64,000 bases of DNA from Felis catus (GCF_018350175.1 NC_058368.1:125862001-125926000); one strand, 5' to 3'. Positions 25,400 to 38,603 are shown, counted from the first letter of the stretch. The notes: generated by a model not told the origin, from the letters alone. Made by a program: numbers and translations.

Positions 25400-26060
25400 A
25401 ATCCTTTCTTTTCTTAGTTTAGTTGTGATATTATAAGTAGTCTTGTATTATCTTCTGGCACACATGTGTAAGGGTTTCTCTAGAAGTCGAATTTCTGAGA
25501 CACAGTGTATTCCATGTTTCTCTTAAGGCAGCGCCAAATTATTTTCCAAGTAGTTAGTCAATGTATACTCCCACCAACAGTCTGTAAGAACCCATATGGT
25601 CCACATCTGACTGATACTCAACATTATCAGATTTAAAAATTTTGCCATATAGGGGGTATAAAATTAAGTATCTTTTTTTAAACTTTGCATTTATCTCATA
25701 TCTATTTTTTTAATTTTTTAAAAATGTTTTTAGTTATTTTTGAGAGAGAGACAGAGAGTGAGTGGGGGAGGGGTAGAGAGAGAGGGAGACACAGAATCCA
25801 ATGCAGGATCCAGGCTCTGAGCTGTCAGTACAGAGCCCGTCGCGGGGTTCAAACACGCAAACTGTGAGATCATGACCTGAGCTGAAGTTGGACACTTAAC
25901 CAACTGAGCCATCCAGGTGCCCCTATCTCATACCTAATGAAAGGAGTACCTTTTAAGATAAATATATTGGCCTTTTCTGTTTTCTCTTCTGAGTTTTGCT
26001 GGTTTTTCTGCCAGATCATTTCAATCTTTTCTCATTATTTATGTAATTCAGATGTTCTCC
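25400..26060 (-). mobile_element. Ancient L1 (L1ME-like) fragment split by a SINE
   Basis: Decayed antisense ORF2-end motifs (TTTTCCAAGTAGTT..TACTCCCACCAACAG..CCACATC). Confidence 0.6.
25705..25923 (-). mobile_element. Can-SINE, full length
   Basis: TSD TATCTCATA(T/C)CTA at 25692 and 25924. Confidence 0.95.
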
Positions 26061-27119
26061 ACATCTCAAGATCCTTGGCCTGATTAAATTTACAATCACT
26101 TTTCTGTAATTTCCTTTTTATTTTCCAAGTAGGGTAATATTCACAGGTTCTGAGGATTAAGACATGGACTTATCTTTTTGAGGCCCACCATTCAGCCCAC
26201 TAAAGTAGGTTTGGCATACTTCTTGTACTCCAGCATTACTTTCAAGCCATATGTTCCTTTATTTCTGTGAAAAACTCCTGCTAATTTGATACTGAAGCCA
26301 TCTTGTTATGCTATCTATGCCCTTCGTTTTGCTCTAATTTGCAATTTTTGTTGTCTTCCAAATTTTCATCTTCATGGGTAACTCAATCAGTATTCAGCTT
26401 CTCAGTGTTGTCCTGACATCCCTACTGTCCTTACCTCCTCTCCAGTTAAGTCATCTCACACCGTGGCTGTCCTGGGGACTTGTTATGACTCAAGTTTTTA
26501 CCTGTTTGCTTTTACTTGTCATTTTAAAATTCAACATATCAAGGATGTCCTTGTGGATCTCCTACTCATTTCCCTTGCTCCGCATGTGTTCTTCAACTCC
26601 ACTGAGACTTGGAGCCTCCTGATCCTCTTTTTTGCTATCTTCCTAAGTCACCTCCTCTCTTTACTAGAATGTTTTCTGGCTCACAACAAGTGCTCGGTGA
26701 TTTCTATCTGGTAGCAGTAGCAGGAGTATCAGTGCCCAGATTCATATTCTGTCTACTCAACCACTTGCTCACCAATATTTTTAATTCTCTTGTCCCATTG
26801 CCCTTTCATTCTCTTATCTGACCAACTCCAAACCTGAATCAATTACAACAGAACCGACATAGTCCTTAACTCTGGACCTTCAGGCTGGTTGCAGAGATAG
26901 ACACAAAGTGATAATGAAGAATGTTGTTCGCATTCTGAAAGCAAAGGTACCAGAAGCTAGTCTGGGGGAGAGTAAGTATGCCTGAAGATGTGATGTGGAA
27001 ACTAAAATGTAAACAGTGCTAACAAGTGGCTAAGTAAAGAGTGAAGGGAAGAGAGTTCTGACAGTTGGAGAAACATGCACAAAGGCCAGATTATCAGGTT
27101 ATTCTGGTTTCAGTCTAGG

Positions 27120-27380
27120 CACTACTTTCTCTGTGATTCCTTCTCTGATTTCCTACGTGCAAGTCAGGCATTTCTTCTTTGTGCTTCCTCAGGAATCTTC
27201 AGTTCCTTTTCCTTAGCATGTATCACAATATATTGTGTTTGCCTGTTTTCTTGAGTTTCTTCCCCACTGGGCTCTGGAAAGAGTTTGGTGTTTGAATTGT
27301 TCCCCATAATATCCTTGTGGCTACAGAGTATCTGACATATAATAGAGGCTTAAGGAAATTTGTCAGTTAATTGAATAAAT
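27120..27380 (+). mobile_element. LINE-2 3' fragment
   Basis: CTTAGCATGTATCAC, TCTGACATATAATAGAGGCTT..TTGAATAAAT tail. Confidence 0.6.
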
Positions 27381-27777
27381 CACTGGGTGAAAAGGCTCCA
27401 AAGGGCAACAACTTAGTGCATCTAGTTGTTACATCAGTGAAGAAAAAAGATTGGATGAAGGCATCTTGACACATTACTTCTGAAAGTTGAGTTAGCACAG
27501 ACTGTTTTCAGCATGGTGCTTTTATGTCGGCATTTATAACTTTGGCTTTAGTTATCTTCATTTATAATGCCATTTAGGGAAACACTGCACCTGTCATATT
27601 ATTCTCTTTTTGTAATAATTAAGGGTCACTGGTGTGGAATGAACACTAGACTGAGAATTTTCAAGTTCTTAGGTAAGAACTTTTATGTGAGTTCAGCCAG
27701 TAATTCAGTAGACATCTTGTATGAGTTACTGTAGGTCTTTAGTAGTTCAACTCAAAAATGAGAAGTATGAATTAGAT

Positions 27778-27988
27778 CAACTGATCTCAAGTTGTATCCC
27801 TCAGAAAAGTCCCTAAAACCCTTCAAAGATCACTCAGTGGGAAGCAGAGAAGATACTTAGGTGGGGCTCCATATTTCAAATTCCATTTTAACTAGAATCT
27901 CCACTGTGATCTCCTTAAATATTAGGCTTTTTTTGGAGTATTTTCTGTGGACACATGGTTCCTTTGTTTATTTCTTTTTTAAGCAGTG
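27778..27988. mobile_element. Probable hAT-Charlie MITE inserted in a MIR-like element
   Basis: 8-bp flanking near-repeat AATTAGAT (27770) / AACTAGAT (27989), CA...TG ends, degenerate TIRs. Confidence 0.45.
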
Positions 27989-28895
27989 AACTAGATGACC
28001 TCCAAGGGCCCCTACAATACTATTATTCCACTGTTCTGTTCTGATTCATTGTTAAAACTTCCATAAATTCACATAATAAATTCCTTAGAAATTCAGCTTA
28101 TGATGTTTCCAAAATAAGTTAGACTTGAAAAAAATTGTCAGAGAAGATCATTTTAAATAATGTCATAAATGCCTCAATCTGCAGTTTATCTTAAAAATGA
28201 GAGTAAAAATGTTTAACTTATTTTGTAATATATCATGAATATTCATGATATTAGATGTTAATATTAGATTAGATTAGATGTTATTAGATCAGATGTTATC
28301 TGAAATTAGATATTATCCTCAGACTAAAGCACCAAAAAGCACAAGAAGTAGCTTCTTATTCTGAAACTAATTTACTGAAGGCTAATTAAACAAAAATCCT
28401 TTCAACCAGTTCTGTCTGAATATCTAGTACGTACTAGCCAGATACTTTCAGGTTTTGAGAATAAAACAACCAAAATTGCAATCAAGATTATAGTTTAGCG
28501 GGGAAGACAGACACATGGAACATTAATTACAAAGTAATTAGGTATAGGCAGGGATAGAAATACAGTATACTGCACATAATTTAAAAATGGTAGTAAAGCA
28601 TGGTGATTAAAAGCATACCTTTTGTATTCAAATTATACTTCCATTATTTTGTAATATTGTGCCTTCTAGTTTTATGACTTACTTGAATTATGGCTTCTTT
28701 TTTAGTTTTGTTTGTTTGTTTGTTTGAAATGAGGGTAGGAAAGGTGTCTTTGTCTTAGGAATTTTTTGTACCAATTAAGTATTACAATGTTAAATAACTG
28801 GCACAATGTCTACATTACCTACTACTTACATGAGAACTGTTGTATTATACCGCTTGGTGATTTTTTTCTGTTTTTATTTTGTGCATAGTAAGTGG

Positions 28896-29374
28896 TGAAG
28901 ACAGTGTGTTCCTGTATGCCTTGCAAGAAGAGGCCCTGACTGCTTTTGCTTCAGATGATCTTTTCAAAGGTGTTATAAAACAAACAGCCTTGGAAGATAG
29001 AGGTGGTATGTACCTCTAGAGAAAAGCTCCCTCTAGAGCAATATAGTCTATTAAAGTGAAGGCACTGTTCCTCTGGGGCAAAAGTTAGGCAGGTTTATTG
29101 CCCATTATAAAAGATTTGGATTTTCTCACACTTGGGCTTCCTCTTCTGTAGCACAAGGTGAGCACATGTCGGTATCACCTGACCCTATTTGTGTCACTAT
29201 GTGGTAGGTGGGGCTTGAGGAGCTGGTCCACCTGCTGACCTTCTATGAGTGATGAAGTCTTTTGTCTCTGAACCAGGAATCCTGTATCTTCTTACAGCAT
29301 CCAGGGTATGGTGTCAAGCTGATTTGTTAGCTTGCAAGAAGGGTAAAATCTCAGACATTTAACAGTTCTTGATA
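28896..29374 (+). mobile_element. ERVL-class solo LTR (MER77-like)
   Basis: CCCATTATAAAAG TATA region and 3' end CTTGCAAG..GGGTAAAATCTCAGAC..ACAGTTCTTGA. Confidence 0.7.
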
Positions 29375-30648
29375 GTAGAGAAACTCTGAGGTGGACGTCT
29401 TGCCCCATTCCAAGGATCATAGCTTTTCCTTTCTTTCTCAACAGTTTATTATGAAAAAGTTTAAACATATGTCTAGGGGAACATCTATCTACCTACCATC
29501 TAGATTATACCAACATTTTACTGTGTTGTAAAACTTTATTTTCCTGAAAATAAAGAATAACATTTTTATTTTTCTGTGATGATCATAACCGACACCTGTA
29601 CTTTACAAAACTTTGGACCTCATAATTAGAGGTCAGAACACTGAGGCTCAGAAAGGTTGAGAAACTTGCCTGAAGTCCTACTAGTAAATTTTCTCAGCTT
29701 CTCAGTTACCTGATTCCACATTTCTGGCTTTTAGTAAAAGGGTACATGTTCATTTCATAAGGTCAAGCAAGAATGACATTGACCCTATCTTTCTGCATTG
29801 GAGTAAGGAGTGTTTTAACCTGGAATGGGGCTGAGTATAGAATCTGGTTTATTGTCCTGCTTAATCTGTCTTGTCTCTCACTGGAAATATAAACACCCAA
29901 TTCAGGAACATCTTTGCTACTTTGAGGTGTCCCTATGTCAGCTTTAACTGACACCACCAGGTTTATCTGTACCAGAGCACTGCCATTATGCTGGGAGACC
30001 TCAGCTTCTCCATGATGTTCATGAGTAACTGTAAGGCATATTTTCCCTGCCCTCACCACCAGGATGGGGATGTGAGGGTAATCCAGAAGCTCTGACGTGT
30101 GAGGGTGGAGAAGTGTTCCTGTATTGGGAAGGTCTCTTGTGGTCTGAAATGAAACTAGAGGGTAATAATTCAGCTAGTTGGGAATTAAGCAGCATTTATG
30201 ATTTGGCCTCAGCCCCATGCAAAATTTGTTCATACTGTTTTATAGAAATACATCCATTTGTAAGGAAACTTCTTTTTGATAACATAGGAAGTTGTAAGTT
30301 GGAGATAAATAGATATATATACACCCCTTAGGTTTTGGCACTAACATCTGTAACTTTAAAAAACAGCATTCTTCCTGCATGCAAGTGTATCACGACCCAC
30401 CAGCCAGGAACATGCCTTATTGAGTTACTTGCGTAATGTGTTCATTTTGAATCCCAGAATCGTGTTCACAGTTGTCAGTGGGTTTACTCAATGAGATTCT
30501 TCTCTTAGGGTCTGTAAAAACAACAATACGTCTGACTGATAATGTAAAACTGGCACTTTGTAAGACAGGTAGCTGGTTCTTTGGAGGTACTAAAAACATT
30601 CAGTGACTAAATGAGTGAATGATCCCATACTACAGGAACAGTTACATA

Positions 30649-31035
30649 TACCATATTCCATCAGTTTTTAAGATGCAATGTTTTCACATTCTTTTTTTAA
30701 ATTTTTTTTTAATGTTTATTTATTTTTGAGACAGAGAGAGACAGAGCATGAACGGGGGAGGGTCAGAGAGAGAGGGAGACACAGAATCAGAAGCAGGCTC
30801 CAGGCTCTGAGCTGTCGGCACAGACCCCGACGCGGGGCTCGAACTCACGGACCATGAGATCATGACCTGAGCCGAAGTCAGACGCTCAACCGACCGAGCC
30901 ACACAGGCGCCCCAATGTTTTCACATTCTAATTAATATCTCTGACAATAAGATGAGTCTTAAATTTATATTGTTGGCAGCATTTTTTCTTTCATATAAAA
31001 TTAATGATACACTTTACAGTCCCCGTGAAATGTAC
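30649..31035. mobile_element. hAT MITE (MER96-like) interrupted by a Can-SINE
   Basis: TACCATATTCCATC..TAAGATGCA at the left end, ATCTCTGA..GATGAGTCTTA after the SINE, GTGAAATGTA at the right end. Confidence 0.5.
30693..30913 (-). mobile_element. Can-SINE (SINEC_Fc-type), young
   Basis: CpG-rich. Perfect TSD AATGTTTTCACATTCT at 30677-30692 and 30914-30929. Confidence 0.97.
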
Positions 31036-32525
31036 TTTACATTTCTTCTTTACCTGTGTATTGTGTATTCCCGCTGGATAGGCCTGTCCCTTCATTACAG
31101 TAAGAGGTACTGTATTCATTTCTCATAATTCACAATTTAAAATAGAACATTTTCATTAGCTTTTCTTTTAATAGTTTTAAACATGTGTTTATATCTGCTG
31201 CCACTCATTTACATAGTGAGTGGGGCGTAAAAATGTTCTCTCTTCTCTGAGAAGCACTCTGCAAAATCATCAGCTGCCATTGCCTGCTGACATGAGAATG
31301 ACAAGTTAGTCTCTTTTAGCATAGAGTAAGGTGTGGGCATCCATGAACCATCCTGGATTTAGCAGACTGAGCTTTACCTCAAGAAGATTTCTCTGTTACT
31401 CAGTGGTCACTTCCTATGTTAAGGGTTCCATTGTCTCTACTGTATCTAGACTTTAGCTCCTTAGCTTTTAACACGAAATTCTGTGTGGGCTCCCTTATCT
31501 GTCTTTATGCTCATTATCTAAGTGTTGCCGTTAGAGTGGGTGCTAGGATGCTGTCTGAATTGTCATGGCAACCAGAAACTCATTTTTCTAATCTTGTCAT
31601 TGGTTATCAATAGTTACTTTATAAATCTATTATATAAAAAGGCTCCACATGCCAGATCTAATCAATCTTGTATGGATGACTTTTTTTCCCCTCAAATATT
31701 TTACGATTAATTAGACATCAGATTCCCAACTATTTTCTTCACTGGTTAGTGTGCCAATAGCCTAAAGACAATGACTGTTTAGTGAGGTTGGGGACAATAA
31801 TATGTCAATTCAAAATTCAGAGTCCCTGGCCATATGTCTAATTTATTTTTTCCTTTTTACTTTTCTGTGATAATTAAACATAATTACAGAGAATTTATAG
31901 AAGTAGAGTACTCATATCCTGGATTCAGTACTTTAATGAATCAGCCTGAGGAGATGCACTAGCTTTTTCTTTGTAGATTGAAATGGGTCCTTTTAATTTT
32001 GTTCGTAATTTTATAGCATCCACTCCCAGTGGTATTAACAATACCTTACAAGAGGTACCAAATACTGTTTCTTCTCTGTCAATTCCTGGAATACAGAGAA
32101 GCAAAGAAGGTGGAAGACTAGAACTAAATACAGTAATGTCTAAGTTGGAAGTAGAAACGTGTTTTCATAAAGGATTTAATTCATAGTTCAAACCATAGTT
32201 CAAATTCATAGTTTGAACCATAGTGGTTCAAACCACTATGCTTGGGTTTGAATTATTGCCTTTGCTTTTGATGATGGTGGATTTATATAAATGCAGAATG
32301 ATTATCAATTGCTTTGATTTGATTTATGATAGCCTTATTGGATACCAAAATTGATGACAGACATAGTCATCTGGGATTTCCATTGCATCTCAGTGGGCCC
32401 TTAGCGTGTAGGGAACAAGATTAGGATGTTTGCTCTAGTAGCTCAGTGAATGGGACTGTACAGAGATAGTTCATGTCACATGTTATGTACCGTGGAATGT
32501 GCATTCTATAAATAGTTTATGAGCT

Positions 32526-32748
32526 GTGGCGCCTGGGTGTTTCAGTTGGTTGGACATCTGACTTTGGCTCAGGTCATGATCTCACAGTTCGCGAGTTTGA
32601 GTCCTACATCAGGCTCTGGGCTGACAGCTCTGAGCTTGGAGCCTGCTTCAGATTCTGTGCCTCTGTCTCTCTCTGCCTGTCCTTTGCTCATGTTCTGTCT
32701 CTCTCTCTCTCACAAAAATAAATAAATGTTAAAAAAAAAAACCCAAAA
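32526..32748 (+). mobile_element. Can-SINE, full length
   Basis: GGCGCCTGGGTG head, CT block, A-tail. Degenerate TSD AGT(T/G)TATGAGC. Confidence 0.94.
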
Positions 32749-32885
32749 GCCAGTGTATGAGCCATCAATTTATTGAGCAATATCCTAGCTGATTTTTTTT
32801 TTTTTTATGGAGAACATAACATCTTCTGTAGCTTGTTATTATTCCTTATGTTAGATGCTTTTCTTCTCTCTGGATAATTCAGGCA

Positions 32886-32897
32886 TAAATAAATAGA

Positions 32898-32936
<39 letters not shown>

Positions 32937-32937
32937 A
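32886..32937. repeat. (TAAA)n microsatellite
   Basis: Read directly; one TAGA variant unit. Confidence 0.98.
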
Positions 32938-32992
32938 GTTTAAAAATACCTGAATTGTTTGCTAGGCTTGAATTCCCTAAGAATGTTAAAGA

Positions 32993-32995
<3 letters not shown>

Positions 32996-33035
<40 letters not shown>
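32996..33035. repeat. (CT)n microsatellite
   Basis: Read directly from the sequence. Confidence 0.99.
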
Positions 33036-33037
<2 letters not shown>

Positions 33038-33490
33038 GCTTCCTGATGCAGAAGCTTTCAGATGTAGTACCCTAGATGTGTCTTTTTAAATAGATTTCAC
33101 GTATCTCTGGCCCTCCATAGCCCTACTACTCTGCTACCGATGTATTTGGTGTATACCTGATAATTTGTATCTCTTGATTTAAGAATTTTGAGAGATTCAT
33201 ATGCATGGAATCCTTCTAAATTTCTGCCTTGCAAGTCAGCTTTTGATTGTATGCTTGCTTATCCATTCTTTTATATTTGTGTTGCACTTTACATCTTGCA
33301 AAGTGCCTTCATTTTATTCTCTCTACTACCTGATGAGATAGATAGGGCATGGTGATCTACATGGATTGACAGGTTGGTTCACTCCTGATGAACCCCTGTT
33401 GAGAGGACACATGGTGCCTCCAAGTTGGTCCACACAAGCATAGAACTCTGAACCTGCACCAGGCCAGATTTGCCCAGAGGGGACATTTTA

Positions 33491-33546
33491 TTTTTTTTTT
33501 GATTATTTTTTATTTACTTAAAACTTTTTAAGCGTTTTTTTTAATT

Positions 33547-33641
<95 letters not shown>

Positions 33642-33802
33642 TGGGGGAGGGTCAGAGGAAGAGGGAAAGAGAGAATCCCAAGCAGGCTCTGTGTTGTCAG
33701 CACAGAGCCCGATATGGGGCTCAGACCCACGGACCGTGAGATCATGACCTGAGCTGAAATTGAGAGTCAGATGGTCAGCTGACTGAACCACCCAGTGCCC
33801 CC
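33491..33802 (-). mobile_element. Can-SINE with about 90-bp (GA)n expansion
   Basis: T-rich tail, (GA)n 33547-33636, GAATCCCAAGCAGGCTC, head ending CCCAGTGCCCCC. Confidence 0.94.
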
Positions 33803-34637
33803 AGAGTAGACACTTTATAATCCTCACCAAGGTGTGCTGTGAGCTAGCAGCAACACTGAGGTAAGCAAACTAGGGATTATTATCCCCTTTTATGACATGC
33901 ACAACTTGAGAAGTTCAGAGATAATCACTAGCTTTTTCAGAGTTTCACAGGTAATGAGTGGCTGGCTTCAACAAAGTGACTTGGTTTAATCCAGTGCTTT
34001 TTCTGTCATACTAGAAATGGTTCTTACACATTCTTTTAGATGCACACATAATTCCACTGACATATTTTAGCACATATTCTTGTTGTTCACTGAAACTGGT
34101 TCTTGGCTGTAAAACTACATAAAAAGATTTTTCTCTTTCTCATTAATCAGGAGAAATTCAATGAACTTTGTGACTTGCATTAGAAAACAATCATACAAAC
34201 AAAGCAGCAGTATAATAACTTTTGAAATTCCGGACTACACTTCACGTCCAAATTAACAAATGAGAACATCACTAAAGTTTCTGGGTGTTTTCATAAAGAC
34301 AATGATGTGTATAAGATCATTCTTAATGATATGATTGTCTTGTGATATCCTGGAAGCAGTGCTTGGCTGGAGGTAAGGAAACTCAACTTTGGTCCTGATA
34401 TTCCTCCTGACTTCATCAAACAAAAGAATTTATTTACTTGCAATATGAACGAATCCTTAAATAAGAGTATTGTTTAATGGAAACCATTATCCAAATATAT
34501 AAATATCCTAATAATTATCCAACAAGAAAACAAGAATCTGTGTTCTTTCAGATGCCAGTTTTGTGTGGCTTGTTCCTGAATTTTTATGTGAATCAGTTGT
34601 TACTGGAAAACAAAACAAAGCCCCTATCTGTAACATA

Positions 34638-34803
34638 GGCCCTTGTTACTAAAGTATGGTGCCAGAACTAGTGATCTCAGCATCATTTGAGAGTTTGTTG
34701 GATATAAGGATTCTCAGGTCCACCCAAACCTTATGAATCAGAATCTGGATTTTACAAAGAGCCCTGAGTGGTTTCTGTGCACATCAAAGTTTGAGAAGCC
34801 CTA
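34638..34803. mobile_element. hAT-Charlie MITE (MER5-like)
   Basis: CAGCATCATTTGAGAG..TCTCAGG..GAATCAGAATCTGGATTTT..AAAGTTTGAGAAGC. Confidence 0.78.
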
Positions 34804-35000
34804 GTCTGGAATGGTATATGTTCCAGCACTGACGTAAAATTATATCAGGACACAGGTAAAAGCGGCTGTTTACCAGATGTGCTCAGAGAGGTCATCAGTA
34901 TGTTAGTATACCAGGAATGTCCTTGGAAAATGCCACTGTTCATCAGTGGGAGAACTCTGTGACAGTAGGTGGCATTTACTGTTAAGAAACATCCCTCTTA

Positions 35001-35212
35001 GGGTGCCCGAGTAGCTCAGCCACTTAAATGAGTTCGGCTCAGGTCATGATCTTGTGGTTCATAAGTTCCAGCCCCTCATGGGGACCTGTGCTGACAGCTC
35101 AGAGCCTGGAACCTGCTCTGGATTTTGTGTCTCCCTCTCTCTCTGACCCTCCCCCACTCACACTCTGTCTGTTAAAAATAAATAAATATATTTTTTTAGT
35201 TTTTTAAAAAAG
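35001..35212 (+). mobile_element. Can-SINE
   Basis: GGGTGCCCGAGTAGCTCAG head. TSD AAACATCCCT(C/A)TT on both flanks. Confidence 0.93.
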
Positions 35213-37576
35213 AAAAAACATCCCTATTCATGTTTCTTCTATCTGGTACACACCTTGGAGAACACCATTTCCAAGCTTCATTTTAAGGCTCTGAGGTGAT
35301 GAGGGCCCATGTCGTCCATTCTGAAGCATAAATCGTGGATCTGTTTGAATAGCACACAAGCTCATTAGCGTTATCTGGGTGATGGAGGCTGTTCTGTGAA
35401 AACTTGTGTCTTTCAGATTTTTGATGTTTTTTGCTTTCCTGGTTTACAGTGGGGAGGGTTTTGAAACTTCGGTTAAGTTTCTCTTGTGCCTTCTTGTCCT
35501 GTTTGGACATCCTGATGCTCATCTGAGCATCCCCTCCAGTTGTGAAAATTGTTTCTCTTCTGGCCATTCCTGAAGGTGGACTGTACTCTCCATGCTCAAG
35601 GTGGCTGCATGTCTGCTTTCGGTAGGGCTGCTCCTCCCTGTGGCTGAACCCAGCTTCTGATCCTTCTCTTCCTGGCTTGCTCTGCCTCAAGCCAGTCCAC
35701 AAATCTTCAGCGTCCCTTGCCCTGCATGGAAATCTAGGCGATGAGCATTAGAGTGTGAATGCACCGCACAGCAGGTAAGGCTGCGAGCACATTAGTCATG
35801 GGGAGCTGAATTTGGTTTTAATTTTAGCTGTCAGAACAGCTGATTCTGCTAAATAAAAGTGTGAGCAACACACAGTCTAATTTGGTTAATAGAAAAAAAC
35901 TGAATCTCACAATCAAATCAGATTGGATATTTTATGATCCAGTCAGTTATGGAAATGAAATAATGTGACTTAAGCTCCTAGCAGGATGCTTGGTCTACAG
36001 CAGGTATATTAGTAAGTGCTAGGTCTCTTTCTTCTGGCAATTAACTCAAATAAAATTGAACAGGGCTGCTCTGATGTGGGGGGTAAACCTGGCTTTAGTG
36101 TCCATAGTCTCTCTGTGTTCTTGGGGCATATATTAAGCATCATAAGAAAAATCTGAAGCTATTAAACTCTACTGGACAACCCAACCATTACAGTTAGCAG
36201 CACGTCATCAAGAAAAGTCATTATTTTTTTTGATAATGATTTTCCTGTAATTGATAAAAAGTCTTTGCAAAACCCAGGGTCTCTCTAGAAGTGTGATGCC
36301 AGCTTGCGAATGAACAGTATGCGTTCTGTTTAACTTGGTTCAAATCATTGAGCATCTGGTTTATGTAGATAATAGAGAGCATTTGTCCAGACACCTGGCA
36401 TGTGCAAATTGCTTCTCATTTTTATACTTGCAAATGAGGAATCCAAGACCCCTGCAAGGTTATGAATAAATAACAGGGCTAAAGGCTTACAGACCAAAGT
36501 CATCATTAAAATAAACAAGCTTTTGCTCAAGATTTAACAAGACAGCCACTCTCTAAATAGTGCATTCCCAGTTCTTCATTGTCGTCTCTATGGCTTATGT
36601 TCACCAGTCATTTCTCTTTTTTTTGAGAAAAGGGATTGTCCTCATTTCCTCATTGTGATGGCCTCTGACAGATGGTGCACTAAGGAAATACAGTTTAATA
36701 TAGTGAGCTTGGTTGGTACTAGAATGAGGTTAGAGGCCTTTGACTTTCTATCCTTGGCAAAGTCTCATAAAAGAGTTGGCCCTGGACAAAATTGTAAGTG
36801 CATCCTTCCATTCTGTGAGGTTCCTCTTTCTGAATCCTGAATTTTCCCTTTGGGGGATTGCCTCTCTCAAGTGTTCTTTTTCTTCTTCTCCCTTTTGAAA
36901 ATGTGTTTTCAGGAGAAATGCAGAAAAAACTCATACTAATGAGCAGACAGTTGTTACAACCATAATATATTCTTTTTTGCTGAGAATATTGATATTTTTA
37001 ACTGGAGACAAGAAACCACATGTCAAAGAAAAAAAAAGAAACTGTTAATTGCAGAATGTTAGGCATTAGTGAGCAGGTGGAGAAAATATTTCAATGGGGG
37101 AAGGAGATCTTAAGTTCCATTTACTCCACACAGGCTCCACACTTGCTTTGCCTACACATAAGAATGACTGCTTTTCAGGCTTATAAAGTCAGGACTGAGG
37201 TGAAATGGTGGAGGAAATGAGTGGATATATGTGAGGATAAGTAGAAGAAAAGAAAAAGGAGAAATATTTGTGTAATGCTGTGGGGTTCAAGTTACCTTAT
37301 TAAGAAATTAAGGCTTTAGTCTAAGAGATGGAAAACAAGGATGCTTACAATCCCTACCTAATATCATAGAGGCTATCCTCAAAATCTGGTGTGCTTGCAA
37401 TGTAAAGACATTCTTTTGAAGATGGATAAGTCCTTATGTAAAAGCTTCCAATAATTATTCATTTATTAAAAATATTTTCAAAAAATATTTTCAGTTGTTT
37501 CAATTTGGAGTTGCTTAAAGTAATGCCCTTTTACAGAGACAATAAATCATCAGCAGTAAAATTTAATCAGATAGAG

Positions 37577-38113
37577 CATGGCAGCCAGCTTCTAAGATGG
37601 CCCCAGTAACTTGCCTCCTGGTGTTCACATACTTGTGTAGTCTTTTTATGCATTGAATATTGTTGATCTGTGTAAGATAGATCAAGGAGGATATTCTGGA
37701 AATGACACTGTGTCGCTTTTGAAAATCCACAGAAGCTTCTGTTTTGTACCCTCTGTATCACTTGCTCTGGAGGAAGTCAGATGCCATGTGATAAGAACAC
37801 ACAATCAGCCCCAATGGAAAGCCCATGAGCAGAGGAAGAAGTAAGGTCTCCTGCTATCAACCAGCTCCAACTTGCCAACCAAATGAATGACTCCTAATGG
37901 AAACAGATTATTTAATCTCAGTCATGCCCTCAGAGGACAACTCAGACAACATCTTGATTACATCCATATCAGAGAGCCTTAACCACAACCACCTACATAA
38001 ACTCCTTCCAAATTCTAGACTCATAAAAGCTATGAAAGATGATAAATGTTTATTGTTATTTAATCCAGTGATTTTGAGGGTAATTTGTTACACATCAATA
38101 GATAACTAGTGCA
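37577..38113 (+). mobile_element. MaLR solo LTR (MLT1F-like)
   Basis: TGGCAGCCAGCTTCTAAGATGGCCCC start, TGCCATGTG, GGTAATTTGTTAC..AATAGATAACTA end. Confidence 0.82.
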
Positions 38114-38603
38114 TATGTATATGGCAAGGATCTAGGCTTGGAAGTTTGGATGTTAAAGTTAAAGAATGAAGTCAATAAATGTGACTCAGTGACCTACTAT
38201 GGCCAAGCATGATTGTATTGTAGACACTACAGTTATAATAAAAAAAACATGTCCCCAATTCTAAGATAATTTAGGGTATGGTTGGGTAAACCATACCCTA
38301 AATGGTTGGATAAACCAACATTTAGGATATGGTTGGATAAAGTTTATCCATATCACCAAAGAGAAGAGCACAGGAAAAGATGTGCTTGTGTTCTACAGAT
38401 ATTATGATGTGTAGAAAGGAGGTCAGAGTTGAGTATATCAGACAGATAATTAATGACTTGTGGAGGAGGTAGCACCAGAGGTGTCCCAAAAAAGAATCAG
38501 GACCATGTGAATGCATTCGATAGAGGTTTTTCTGGTGGGAAGAATGTAACCTTAAGGTATGGTGATGGAAATGAGCAAACTCATTATAGAAGGTGTAGTC
38601 TGA

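Noticed and set aside
25590..25600. ACCCATATGGT matching 20201-20211 as an alternative L1 TSD
   Set aside because: It lies about 420 bp beyond the L1 end, inside an ancient L1 fragment. The 16-bp repeat abutting the L1 end is the better TSD.
35283..35702. 139-aa minus-strand ORF
   Set aside because: Non-ATG start and no recognisable homology.
38269..38353. CRISPR-like repeat array
   Set aside because: Mammalian context, and the spacers derive from the repeat itself rather than being unique constant-length sequences.
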